From Chloroflexota bacterium (lineage in GTDB: Bacteria; Chloroflexota; Limnocylindria; Limnocylindrales; CSP1-4), in NCBI GenBank assembly GCA_025358515.1, contig JANYJG010000005.1, positions 4,779-68,778 on the forward strand: 64,000 bases of DNA. Direction: 5' to 3'. The notes under the pieces were generated by a model. The model searched no databases. It was given only the letters and a program-made list of their open reading frames with translations, and was not told where the DNA came from. Positions 49,073 to 57,856 of this stretch are shown here, piece by piece. Both the position numbers and the translations under genes were made by a program. Positions within the stretch are counted from its first letter, which is position 1, and every line of letters starts with the position of its first letter.

Positions 49073-49966
49073 TCAGTGAGCTTTGGGAGCCTCTTCGGCA
49101 GCTGCAACCGGCGGATGGGCGGCCACGCGCACGCCCGGCAGAAGGACCTCTTCCTCGGCATCGGGCTCGAAAGTGAGGGCGGCGCCACCAGCCAGGGCGG
49201 CGACAAGATCTTCGGCGGCAGGCAGTTCGATCTCCGGCTCAGGCGGCGCTTCGGGCGCCTCGACCTCGCCGTTTCGGGCGGAGCGTTCGCGCTGGCCCTC
49301 AATGCAGGCGTCGGCGACGAGCTGGCAGAGGAGCCGAATGGCCCGGATGGCATCGTCGTTGGCGGGGATGATGTAGTCCAGCTCGTCCGGGTCGACGTTG
49401 GTGTCGCCGGTGCCGATGATCGGCAGCTCGAGCTTGCGGGCCTCGGTCACGGCAATCCGCTCGCGGTGCGGGTCGACGATGAAGATCATGCCCGGGAGTC
49501 GCTTCATCTTGCGGATGCCACCGAAGACGTCGCGCAGATGGTCCATTTCCTCGACGAGTTTGGCCGTCTCCTTCTTCGTGAGACGTTCAAAGTCGCCGCT
49601 CGCCTGGCGGGCTTCCAACTGGTCGAGGAGCGCGATGCGCTTCTTGATCGTAATGAAGTTGGTGATCATGCCGCCGAGCCAGCGGCGGTTGACGTAGGGC
49701 TGGCCGGCGCGGGTCGCTTCCTGAGAGACCGGCTCCTGGGCCTGTTTCTTGGTCCCCACGAAGAGAACACTGTCGCCCCTGGCGACAGTCTCGCGGGCTG
49801 CCGCCAGCGCGACATCGAGGCGCTTGACGGTCTGGGCAAGGTCGATGATGTGGATCCCGTTGCGCTCCGCGAAAATGAACGGGCGCATCTTGGGATTCCA
49901 GCGACGTGTCTGGTGGCCGAAATGGATCCCGGCCTCCAGGAGCTGTCGCATCGAAGCAGACGCCAT
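49073..49966 (-). CDS. rpsB: 30S ribosomal protein S2 with acidic C-terminal extension
   Basis: LLEAGIHFGHQTRRWNPKM plus the rest of the S2 fold, then about 60 extra residues. Confidence 0.95.
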   Translation of the reverse strand: MASASMRQLLEAGIHFGHQTRRWNPKMRPFIFAERNGIHIIDLAQTVKRLDVALAAARETVARGDSVLFVGTKKQAQEPVSQEATRAGQPYVNRRWLGGMITNFITIKKRIALLDQLEARQASGDFERLTKKETAKLVEEMDHLRDVFGGIRKMKRLPGMIFIVDPHRERIAVTEARKLELPIIGTGDTNVDPDELDYIIPANDDAIRAIRLLCQLVADACIEGQRERSARNGEVEAPEAPPEPEIELPAAEDLVAALAGGAALTFEPDAEEEVLLPGVRVAAHPPVAAAEEAPKAH

Positions 49967-50317
49967 GAAATGAACCTCCTGCGGTTAGTTCCTCCGCAGC
50001 GCTGCCGTCGGGAACCGGGCTCGCAGTGTTGCGTCCGGCACCGCCCCGACGGGGCGGACCTGCGTGTGATCTCCGCCTCTCGCGGCCTCTCAGCGGCATG
50101 AAACGGGAGCCGTCGCGACGCGACGACCGGCCGGGAGTGTAGCACAGGCAGAATGCCCGGATCACGAGGGCTTAGCGGGACCACGGGGCCGTGCCGCGAT
50201 GGCGCCCCGGCCTTGCGGCAGGCCCACACGGCGGGCACGCGAGTGGACAGCAGGCAGAGTACGCTCCAGGAGTGGGGACTGCACGGCGTTCGAGAAGCGA
50301 CGGGGTACGTAGGCGAG

Positions 50318-51937
50318 ATGGGCGGGATCGGCGACAGGCTTGCGTCGCTGATGGCGGCCGCCTTGTTGGTTGCCGGCACCCTGACCTTCACTGCCTGCGG
50401 GGCGCAATCCGCCGGGGGCCTCGCGAGAAGCGACTTTGGCCTGCGCGTTCCGTCCAGCCCCGGGGCAACGGCACTTCCGGCGTCTGCATCGCCCACGCCC
50501 AAGCCCGATTCCGGCGGCCGGTATCTCGTGCCGATCGTGCCGATCGTCAGCTTCTGGTCCACGCAGCGATCGATCAGCCGAGTCGACCTGGCGCGGCTAC
50601 TCAGTGGCAACCCGACGCTCGTCGAGCACGCCTATAGCCGCGTCGTTATCACCTCCTCAGACGAGGCGGCCATTACCGCCACGTTCCATGTCGCCCTGGG
50701 TCCTGCGGTGAAGATCCTCGCGCCGGCCGATGTGATTGCCGCCGTGCGTGCGTCACCGGCAACGCTGGGCCTGATTCGAGCCGATGACGTAACGCCGGAC
50801 GTTCGCGCTGTTGCGGTGGACGGCAAGGCGTTGTTCGGCGCCGAGCGGATCAAGGACCTGACCGCTTGGCCGCTCGACATCCAGTCTGAGACGCCGGCGA
50901 CCTTCGACACCACTCGGGCGTGGACCCTCACCGCCGGCGGTGACGTCAACCTGGACCGCAGCGTGTATGTGGCAGCGGTCACGAATGGTAAAGGGCCGGA
51001 TTATCCATGGGCCGGTGGGACGGCCCGCATCGCCGGCTTCACTTGCTGCGGCTACCAGGGCTCCTCGCTTGTGATTCCACGCCGAACCGGCAATGCCGGA
51101 GCATTCCGGGCGCTTCTTGCCGACGCCGACCTCTCGATAGTCAACCTCGAAGGGCCGGCCTCTGCCGACTTCGTGCCGCGCCAGGACGGCTTCAAGTTCA
51201 CGGTCGACCCTGACCTGCTGGCCGGCCTCCGGAACGCCGGGATCGATGCCGTCTCCCTCGCCAACAACCACATCCGCAACGCCGGCGACAAAGGCGTGAT
51301 CGAGACGGGCAAGGTCCTCGACGCCCTCGGCATCGCTCATGCCGGAGCCGGCATCGACGCCGCCACTGCCTCCGCTCCGGCGCGACTTGGGGCCGCGGGC
51401 CTACGTGTGGCATTCCTAGCCTACGACGCCCAGGAGCCCGCTAACTGGGTCAGGGCCGGGCGGCCAGGTGCGGCGCCGCTCATCGTTAGGAACGTGGTTG
51501 CGGATATCAAGGCCGCCAGAGCTGCGGGGTTCGACTTCGTGGTCGTGATGCCGCATTGGGGCGTCGAGTACACCGAATCCGTCAGCCTCGAACAGAGGCG
51601 TGAGGCCGCCGCGATGGTGGCCGCCGGGGCAGACCTCATCCTAGGCGCCCACTCACACTACGCCGGCGGGCTCCAGACGATCGCCAAGCCATCGGGCAAT
51701 CCGGCGTTCGTCGTCTACTCCCTGGGAAACCTCCTCTTTGATTTCGACCATGACGAGTCGACCCAGGAAGGCGTCGTCGACGACCTCACGTTCGTGGGCA
51801 ATCGCCTGGTCCAAGTCGATCTTCATCCGACGATCATGGTCGATCACTCTCAGGTAAACCTGATGGACCCGGCCGGCGACGGGCAGCGCGTCCTGGATCG
51901 CATCCGAAAAGCGTCCGGCCGCTACCTGCCCTGGTAG
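50318..51937 (+). CDS. CapA/PGA_cap-family metallophosphatase-like lipoprotein with extra N-terminal domain
   Basis: ATG at 50318 with lipobox LTFTAC. CapA-type blocks GDVNLDRS, VNLEGP, SLANNHIRNAGDKG, MPHWGVEY, GAHSHY and SLGNLLFD. Confidence 0.8.
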   Translation: MGGIGDRLASLMAAALLVAGTLTFTACGAQSAGGLARSDFGLRVPSSPGATALPASASPTPKPDSGGRYLVPIVPIVSFWSTQRSISRVDLARLLSGNPTLVEHAYSRVVITSSDEAAITATFHVALGPAVKILAPADVIAAVRASPATLGLIRADDVTPDVRAVAVDGKALFGAERIKDLTAWPLDIQSETPATFDTTRAWTLTAGGDVNLDRSVYVAAVTNGKGPDYPWAGGTARIAGFTCCGYQGSSLVIPRRTGNAGAFRALLADADLSIVNLEGPASADFVPRQDGFKFTVDPDLLAGLRNAGIDAVSLANNHIRNAGDKGVIETGKVLDALGIAHAGAGIDAATASAPARLGAAGLRVAFLAYDAQEPANWVRAGRPGAAPLIVRNVVADIKAARAAGFDFVVVMPHWGVEYTESVSLEQRREAAAMVAAGADLILGAHSHYAGGLQTIAKPSGNPAFVVYSLGNLLFDFDHDESTQEGVVDDLTFVGNRLVQVDLHPTIMVDHSQVNLMDPAGDGQRVLDRIRKASGRYLPW

Positions 51938-51977
51938 CACAGGACCAGGCAACGCGCCCCGCTCTCTCCCCGGCCAA

Positions 51978-52388
51978 TCAGCCCGCTAAAGCGTCGCGGT
52001 ACAGGCGCACGGTGGGTCGGCCGCCCGGCCCGGGTTCGACGACTGCCAGGTCCAGCGCAATCGGGAACTGCGGCAAATCAACCCCGTTTGGCAATCGACC
52101 CGCTTCCAGAAGGCCCCCGATTCCGGCCGTGAGGTGCGCCCGCTTGCGGTAGTCGAACGTTTCCTCCGCCAGTCCGAACGCCGGCGAACGGCGCCAGCGC
52201 ACCTCCACGACTACCAGACGAGCCGGCGGACCTGGATCCGTTGCGACGATGTCCAGTTCACTCCGACCGAAATGGACGTTTCGAGCCAGGATCCGCCATC
52301 CGCGGGCCTCCAGACGCTCGGCAACCAGTCGCTCGGCAGCGTCACCCGCCTTCTGGTTGTCGGTGCGTGTATGCGAAGTCACCGTCAT
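51978..52388 (-). CDS. yraN: YraN-family (UPF0102) endonuclease-like protein
   Basis: GDAAERLVAERLEARGWRILARNVHFGRSELDIVA. ATG at 52388 overlaps the rnhB 3' end. Confidence 0.85.
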   Translation of the reverse strand: MTVTSHTRTDNQKAGDAAERLVAERLEARGWRILARNVHFGRSELDIVATDPGPPARLVVVEVRWRRSPAFGLAEETFDYRKRAHLTAGIGGLLEAGRLPNGVDLPQFPIALDLAVVEPGPGGRPTVRLYRDALAG

Positions 52389-53190
52389 CGGTCCCCGCCT
52401 CCTCGTCAAGCGCTCCCGCGCCTGATCCATCCTCCCACAAGCTCATTTGCTCGCGATTACGGCATGGCGCAAAAGAGAGTCGGTGGATCGGACACGGGCC
52501 CAGCAACTCCAGCCCGGCGCGATGCTCCGGCGCGGCGTAGCCCTTGTTGCGAGCAAGGTCGTAGCCCGGATACAGCACGTCCAATTCCCGCATGAGGCGA
52601 TCCCGAGCGACTTTGGCGACGACCGAGGCCGCGGCCACTGAGGCGCACAATCGATCGGCCGAAACTAGCACTCGCTGGTGGACGGACACTTCCGGCAGGG
52701 CGACCGCGTCGAGCAGGAGCGCATCGGGCCGGATCGGCAGCCGGGCGGCTGCCAGAGTTGTGGCCAGGAGCGTCGCTTGCAGGATGTTGATGCGGTCGAT
52801 CACGGCGGGCTCGACGAATGCGATCGCCCAGGCCAGGGCATGCTCACGAATCTCGACATCTAGACGCTGCCGTTCCTCGGGCCGCAGAAGCTTGGAGTCG
52901 CGCAGGCCACGGGGCAACCAATCGGGCGGGAGAATTACCGCGGCCGCCGCCACCGGCCCGGCCAGGCAGCCGCGGCCAACTTCATCGAGCCCGGCCACGT
53001 GCCGGAAGCCACGCGACCACAGGACTCGTTCTTCTGCGAAATCCGGATCGAGCCTGGCCCAATGCCACGGAGCGACGACCATCCGCCCGCCCGATGACCC
53101 CGGGGCGGAAACAGTCGAACCCCGTCGCGCCCCCAGGGGCAGACGAACGGGGTCCTCGACCGAGTCGATTTGCTGACGGGCGCCTGTCAT
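52342..53190 (-). CDS. rnhB: Ribonuclease HII
   Basis: GLDEVGRGCLAGPV catalytic motif and DSKLL. The start is uncertain (an internal ATG 36 codons downstream is also possible). Confidence 0.88.
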   Translation of the reverse strand: MTGARQQIDSVEDPVRLPLGARRGSTVSAPGSSGGRMVVAPWHWARLDPDFAEERVLWSRGFRHVAGLDEVGRGCLAGPVAAAAVILPPDWLPRGLRDSKLLRPEERQRLDVEIREHALAWAIAFVEPAVIDRINILQATLLATTLAAARLPIRPDALLLDAVALPEVSVHQRVLVSADRLCASVAAASVVAKVARDRLMRELDVLYPGYDLARNKGYAAPEHRAGLELLGPCPIHRLSFAPCRNREQMSLWEDGSGAGALDEEAGTDDGDFAYTHRQPEGG

Positions 53191-53208
53191 GTGGCTCCCG
53201 TGGCCGTA

Positions 53209-53559
53209 CTAATTGTTGACGCGGCGCTCGCGCAGGGTGGCGGCCTTGCCGACGCGCTTGCGGAGGAAGTACAGCTGAGCACGACGGGCCTGGCCGTGGC
53301 GCACAACTTCGATCTTCTCGATGCGCGGGCTGTTGACCTTGAAGGTCCGCTCCACGCCGACACCGCTGGCGATGCGTCGAACCGTGATAGATCGCTGGAT
53401 TCCGCCGTTACGGAGGCGCATCACAGTGCCTTCAAAAACCTGAATTCGCTCACGGGTGCCTTCGACGACGCGAGCGGAAACGCGCACCGTGTCGCCCGAG
53501 GCAAGTTCTGGAAGATCGGTCCGGATCTGGTCCGCGATGATCTCATCGAGCACGTTCAC
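53209..53559 (-). CDS. rplS: 50S ribosomal protein L19
   Basis: [32 protein letters not shown]; 116 aa. Confidence 0.95.
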   Translation of the reverse strand: MNVLDEIIADQIRTDLPELASGDTVRVSARVVEGTRERIQVFEGTVMRLRNGGIQRSITVRRIASGVGVERTFKVNSPRIEKIEVVRHGQARRAQLYFLRKRVGKAATLRERRVNN

Positions 53560-53707
53560 GTTCGGTACCTACTCTTCGTCCGGCGGCGCGCCTGCGCTCA
53601 GTGGTTGGATGACCCGCAGCGTCGCTGCGAATTAGACACAAAGAGACTTGCCGCCAGAGCGGCCGACGGCGAGGATACCACAGCGACACCAGTCTCGATC
53701 ACGCCGG

Positions 53708-54625
53708 TCATTCGGAATCCGAGGCGACCGGCGGGTCGGCGAGGGCGGCGGGCAGTGGGGCCACCGCAGCCGCTTCTTCGGCCCAAACCTCACTCAGCAG
53801 CTTGGACTCTTCGCGGGAGGGCTTTCTGGCGGCCAGCAACTCCGGGCGGCGCTGCACAGTCCGTCGCAGTGACTCCTTGAGGCGCCACCTGCGGACCGCT
53901 TCGTGGTGACCGCTTGTGAGAACAGCCGGCACGGTGGCACCGTCGAAGACGGGGGGGCGGGTGTACTGCGGGTACTCCAGCAGCCCGTCGGTGAAAGACT
54001 CCTCGGCTGTGGACTCGGCATCGATCGCGCCGGGGAGGAGACGCAGAATGGCGTCCACCATTGTCAGCGTCGGAATCTCTCCGCCGGACAGGACGTAGTC
54101 CCCGATGGAGATCTCGAGGTCGGCCATCGTCCTGATCCGCTCGTCCACGCCTTCATAGCGCGGACATATGAAGATCAGATGGGTCCGCTGGGCCAGGTCG
54201 TGGGCCCGCCGTTGGGTGAATACCTCGCCGGCTGGGTCGGGCAGGATGACGGTGCTGTTCGGACGCCGCAGAGCTTCGAGGGCAGCTGCGACCGGCTCGG
54301 GGCGCATGACCATGCCGGCTCCCCCACCGTAGGTGTAGTCGTCTACCGACTTGTGGCGACCAAGGCCCCAGTGGCGGAGGTCGTGAACCCGTACTGTCGC
54401 CAGACCACGCACCTGCACTCGGCCGGGAATGCTCTCCGCCAGAGGCCCCTGGAACATGGCCGGGAAGAGGGTCAGGATGTCGATTTCGAGGGTTACGCGC
54501 GCCGCCGAGCCAGACGCCGCCGAGCCAGACGCTGTGGAGCCAGACGCTGAGGAGCCAGCTTCAGCCGAGGGTGACTCAGATTCGGCCGGAGTCGGCTCGA
54601 TCTTACTGTCCGGTTCGGAGTTCAT
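53708..54625 (-). CDS. trmD: tRNA (guanine37-N1)-methyltransferase TrmD with about 44-aa Ser/Ala/Gly-rich N-terminal extension
   Basis: The core starts at LEIDILTLFPAMFQGPL and includes YVLSGGEIPTLTMVDAILRLLPGA. ATGA overlap with rimM. Confidence 0.9.
   Translation of the reverse strand: MNSEPDSKIEPTPAESESPSAEAGSSASGSTASGSAASGSAARVTLEIDILTLFPAMFQGPLAESIPGRVQVRGLATVRVHDLRHWGLGRHKSVDDYTYGGGAGMVMRPEPVAAALEALRRPNSTVILPDPAGEVFTQRRAHDLAQRTHLIFICPRYEGVDERIRTMADLEISIGDYVLSGGEIPTLTMVDAILRLLPGAIDAESTAEESFTDGLLEYPQYTRPPVFDGATVPAVLTSGHHEAVRRWRLKESLRRTVQRRPELLAARKPSREESKLLSEVWAEEAAAVAPLPAALADPPVASDSE
54501..54560 (-). repeat. 4 x 15-nt in-frame tandem repeat (SGSxA pentapeptides) in the TrmD N-terminal extension
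   Basis: The units gccgccgagccagac (x2), gctgtggagccagac and gctgaggagccagct are read directly from the sequence. Confidence 0.8.
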
Positions 54626-55248
54626 CGGCCCGCCGAATCCGTGGGTTCTGCCGGCTCGGCAGTCACTTCGGACGTCTCGACTTGGCGCGTCTCGACTTCG
54701 GACGTTTCGGCTTGGCGCGTCTCGGATTGGGAGTCCCGGTTGCCAAGGCCCAGAGCCTCGCCGTCCACGACGATTTCGCCCCGGGCAGGGGCAAAGATCC
54801 GCACCACGGCCCGAACGAGCGGCACGTCCAACTCCCCGAACGGGCCCTGGACGACGATCACCTCCGCCCCACCGGCGCGGTAAACATCAACGACTTTGCC
54901 GAGATCCTGGCCGTCTAAGTCTGAGACCGTTGCGCCGATTACCTCATGCCAGTAGAACTCGCCGCGCGGCAATTCCTGGCCCGGGGCCACGACAGCCTCG
55001 AGATAAACGTTCAGCATCGTCTCGGCCGCGGTCCGATCCGACACCTCCGCGAAACGGAGACGCCAACCGAGCTTGTCCGTAACGGATTCGACGATAGTGA
55101 GCTGCCGTTCCGTGCCTTCGACGAAGAGCACCGCGCCCACGTCGAAACGATCGTCCGCTCTGTCGGTCAACGACTCGAGACGAATGGCCCCGCGCAAACC
55201 GTGGAACCCGCGAATCTGTCCGACGACGAGTCTTTCACCGGCACTCAC
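54622..55248 (-). CDS. rimM: 16S rRNA processing protein RimM with repeat-containing C-terminal extension
   Basis: VGQIRGFHGLRGAIRLESLTD and a PRC-barrel region. The tail is SETRQAETSEVETRQVETSEV. Confidence 0.88.
   Translation of the reverse strand: MSAGERLVVGQIRGFHGLRGAIRLESLTDRADDRFDVGAVLFVEGTERQLTIVESVTDKLGWRLRFAEVSDRTAAETMLNVYLEAVVAPGQELPRGEFYWHEVIGATVSDLDGQDLGKVVDVYRAGGAEVIVVQGPFGELDVPLVRAVVRIFAPARGEIVVDGEALGLGNRDSQSETRQAETSEVETRQVETSEVTAEPAEPTDSAGR
54665..54724 (-). repeat. 2 x 30-nt in-frame tandem repeat in the RimM tail
   Basis: acttcggacgtctcgacttggcgcgtctcg / acttcggacgtttcggcttggcgcgtctcg. Confidence 0.8.
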
Positions 55249-55258
55249 GACCGGAGGC

Positions 55259-55492
55259 TCAGCTGATCTCCAGCGAAACGGCCTCGCCGTCCCGGGCGGA
55301 CATCACTTTCAGCAACGTTCTCAACGCCTTGGCGACGCTGCCGTTGCGACCGATAACCTTGCCCATGTCGTCTTCTGCGACATGCAGCTCGATCACCGTT
55401 CCGTCAGGTCCGGTAGTAACTTCAACCACGACGGCGTCGGGGTCGTCCACTAGGTTGCGGGCGACGTAAGCCACAAGATCCTGGGCTGCCAT
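55259..55492 (-). CDS. khpA: KH-domain RNA-binding protein (KhpA/YlqC, UPF0109)
   Basis: Track ORF trimmed to the ATG at 55492. 77 aa with the GKVIGRNGSVAKALRTLL KH motif. Confidence 0.88.
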   Translation of the reverse strand: MAAQDLVAYVARNLVDDPDAVVVEVTTGPDGTVIELHVAEDDMGKVIGRNGSVAKALRTLLKVMSARDGEAVSLEIS

Positions 55493-55553
55493 TGGCCTCT
55501 TCTTCCTCGCTGTTTCCCCTCGACGGTCGAATGCCGCTAGTCGGGTGCACGAC

Positions 55554-55850
55554 CTACTTGGCCGGCGCCGCAACCTTGGCCGGAGTCGCAAACTTGCGGA
55601 CGATCTTGGGGATGATGTCGGCGTTCTGTAGAAGCCGGCTCACGGTGTCGGAAGGCTGGGCGCCCTTGGCGAGCCACGCCTTTACCTTCTCGATGTCGAC
55701 CACGAACTCGATCGGGTCTGTGCGCGGGTTGTAATGGCCAAGGGTCTCGATAGCTCGACCATCGCGAGCGCTGCGGCCGTCCATGACGACGACTCTGTAG
55801 GCGGGTTGCTTGGTGGCGCCAACTCGGCTGAGACGAATGCGAACTGCCAT
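55554..55850 (-). CDS. rpsP: 30S ribosomal protein S16
   Basis: MAVRIRLSRVGATKQPAYRVVV. Confidence 0.95.
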   Translation of the reverse strand: MAVRIRLSRVGATKQPAYRVVVMDGRSARDGRAIETLGHYNPRTDPIEFVVDIEKVKAWLAKGAQPSDTVSRLLQNADIIPKIVRKFATPAKVAAPAK

Positions 55851-55900
55851 GTGAGAGCTTGTTCCTCCTGGGATGGGGGCGACTCGTTTCGACGGTGACG

Positions 55901-57844
55901 TTACTTGACCGTTATGACGAACCGCAGGATTGACGGATTACCGTCTATTGCGGAGAACCCGGCACCGCCGAGTTGTCCGAGGTACGGCTTGATATCGAGA
56001 TTCCAGCGTGCCTGGTTGCTGCCAGCAAAGGATTTGCCGATCTCGTCGACTACAGCGGCGACGTCGACGTATCCGGACTCAAAGTTCGAAGCGCCCGTCG
56101 CAGCCATGACCGCCTTGTAGTCGGCCTTGTCCGCGAGTGACGCTCCTGGGGCGGTATCGATCACCGACTCCACGAAAGCCTTGCTGTAGCCGGCAACGAT
56201 CAGATCGTCCTTCGTGGCGATCGCCATCTCGAGAGGCAGACCGCCGCTCATGGCGCCGCTCGAGACGACGGTGATCGTAACGCCCTTGTAGGTTTCATCG
56301 CGGCTCTTGAGGCCGGACGAGGACCCGGCGAGGGCGATCAGGTTGGTTATGACGTTAACCTTTGCCTGGGCGGTGGCGGCGTCACCCGCCTGGGCCACGA
56401 TGCCACCATCGAACTTGGATCCAGTCTTGGTTACAACAATGCTCGCGTCCCCGAGCCAGGCGAGCCCCCCGAACTGGGTCAATGTGTCGCGGACGCTGAT
56501 TGCCGCCTGCTTGTACATCGACGGCGCACCGGGAGCCTCGAGAGAGGCGATGGTTCCATCCACGAGCTTGCCGATCGAGTGGACTTCCATGACACCGATC
56601 GTCGAGGCAGGCAGCTTGCCCGCCAGAACGCCGGTCTTGTTGCCGAGGCTCACCGCCCCGGATGTCTTGGGCGTCATGACAGTGACAACGACCCGATCCG
56701 ACTCGGCCCGAACGGAACCGGCCACCCATGCCGGCAGCGACTTGAGCAGGAAGCCCAAGGCCGAACTGTTGAGGACGCCGGACGTCATTGAGGAGTATTG
56801 ACCGCTCATCATGGCCTGGTAGTCCATGTAGAACGTCGCAATGCTGTCGCCGCTAAGCGACTTCATGGCCGCCTTGTAGTTGGCATCACCGGCCAGCGAA
56901 CCCTTGGACTGGGAGTCCAGGGAGCCCTTGACCGCGCCTTGGGTGCCTAGCAGCAGGGCATCGCTGGTGAACGCGTACGAACCTTCGCCGGCTCCGGTTC
57001 CGATAGTGTAGAGCTTGGTTCCGGCGTAGTCCGTAGAGGTGAACGCGACAGCCTTCTTGGCAAGCTCGGCGGTCAGCCACTTCTCGGCCGCGGCGCGGTC
57101 CTTGAGAGCCACGATGACGACGGCCTGCGGCGGCGCATAGCTGCCCATGCCGGCCCCGAATGACGGGTCCATCGGCAAGCACGAGGTGTACGGGTCGAGC
57201 AAGCTCGGATCGAAGGAACCGGACTCGTCCGCGGTGGGAGACGACAGCTCCGCGGGCGGCATTGCGCAGGGCCCAGGCGTTGGCTTGGCCGCGGACGAGG
57301 CCCCGGCCGAGCCGTAGCCGCCCATGTCAGTCACGGCGATGGAGATCTCGCCCTCCATCCAGGGCTTGAACTGAGACGTGTAGCTCAGGTCTGGGGAGAC
57401 AGAGCGAGTGATCTTGTTGAGCATCTCGTCGATGGCGCTGTCGAACTTAGCCCGATCGCTGCCGCCGGGGAAGTGACTCCACAGGTCCGCCGCTTTCTGG
57501 TGCTGATCGCCCGGCAGGTCCGTGCGCAGACTCATGAACATGATCGTGCCCTTGGGGGCATGGGCGGCGGTAAGCGATTGGGTGGCGCCCGCGGAGCCGG
57601 AGATTACAAATGCAGCGGCTGTAGAGACAAGTGCCACGCAGGCAACAATGCCCACGGCGATCGCCCAACGCGCTCGCCGGCCGCGCGCTGCGACGGTGAG
57701 CGGCCGCACGCCTTCGGCCCAGGTATCGCCGATCGGAACGACCGTCCCTACGGGCTCGGCGGCTGGCGGAACTGCGCCGATTGCACTGTCGCCGTCGGTC
57801 TGCGGGTTGTCGCCGGTTGACCTATTCCAACTATTCGGGTCCAT
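55901..57844 (-). CDS. Hypothetical N-terminally membrane-anchored protein (647 aa), large extracytoplasmic Ala/Gly/Ser-rich domain
   Basis: ATG at 57844 with GGGAGGGA upstream, 12 nt after the ffh stop. One TM segment (RWAIAVGIVACVALVSTAAAFVI). I recognise no catalytic motif. It possibly resembles DUF3352-type proteins, but I cannot verify that. Confidence 0.7.
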   Translation of the reverse strand: MDPNSWNRSTGDNPQTDGDSAIGAVPPAAEPVGTVVPIGDTWAEGVRPLTVAARGRRARWAIAVGIVACVALVSTAAAFVISGSAGATQSLTAAHAPKGTIMFMSLRTDLPGDQHQKAADLWSHFPGGSDRAKFDSAIDEMLNKITRSVSPDLSYTSQFKPWMEGEISIAVTDMGGYGSAGASSAAKPTPGPCAMPPAELSSPTADESGSFDPSLLDPYTSCLPMDPSFGAGMGSYAPPQAVVIVALKDRAAAEKWLTAELAKKAVAFTSTDYAGTKLYTIGTGAGEGSYAFTSDALLLGTQGAVKGSLDSQSKGSLAGDANYKAAMKSLSGDSIATFYMDYQAMMSGQYSSMTSGVLNSSALGFLLKSLPAWVAGSVRAESDRVVVTVMTPKTSGAVSLGNKTGVLAGKLPASTIGVMEVHSIGKLVDGTIASLEAPGAPSMYKQAAISVRDTLTQFGGLAWLGDASIVVTKTGSKFDGGIVAQAGDAATAQAKVNVITNLIALAGSSSGLKSRDETYKGVTITVVSSGAMSGGLPLEMAIATKDDLIVAGYSKAFVESVIDTAPGASLADKADYKAVMAATGASNFESGYVDVAAVVDEIGKSFAGSNQARWNLDIKPYLGQLGGAGFSAIDGNPSILRFVITVK

Positions 57845-57856
57845 CGAAATCCCTCC

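Noticed and set aside
53560-53707. 148-nt rplS leader with a GCAGCG-A-CGCTGC palindrome, considered as an L19-type autoregulatory leader.
   Set aside because: The palindrome has a 1-nt centre (sterically poor hairpin), and I cannot match it to the known L19 leader by eye. It would need a covariance-model search.
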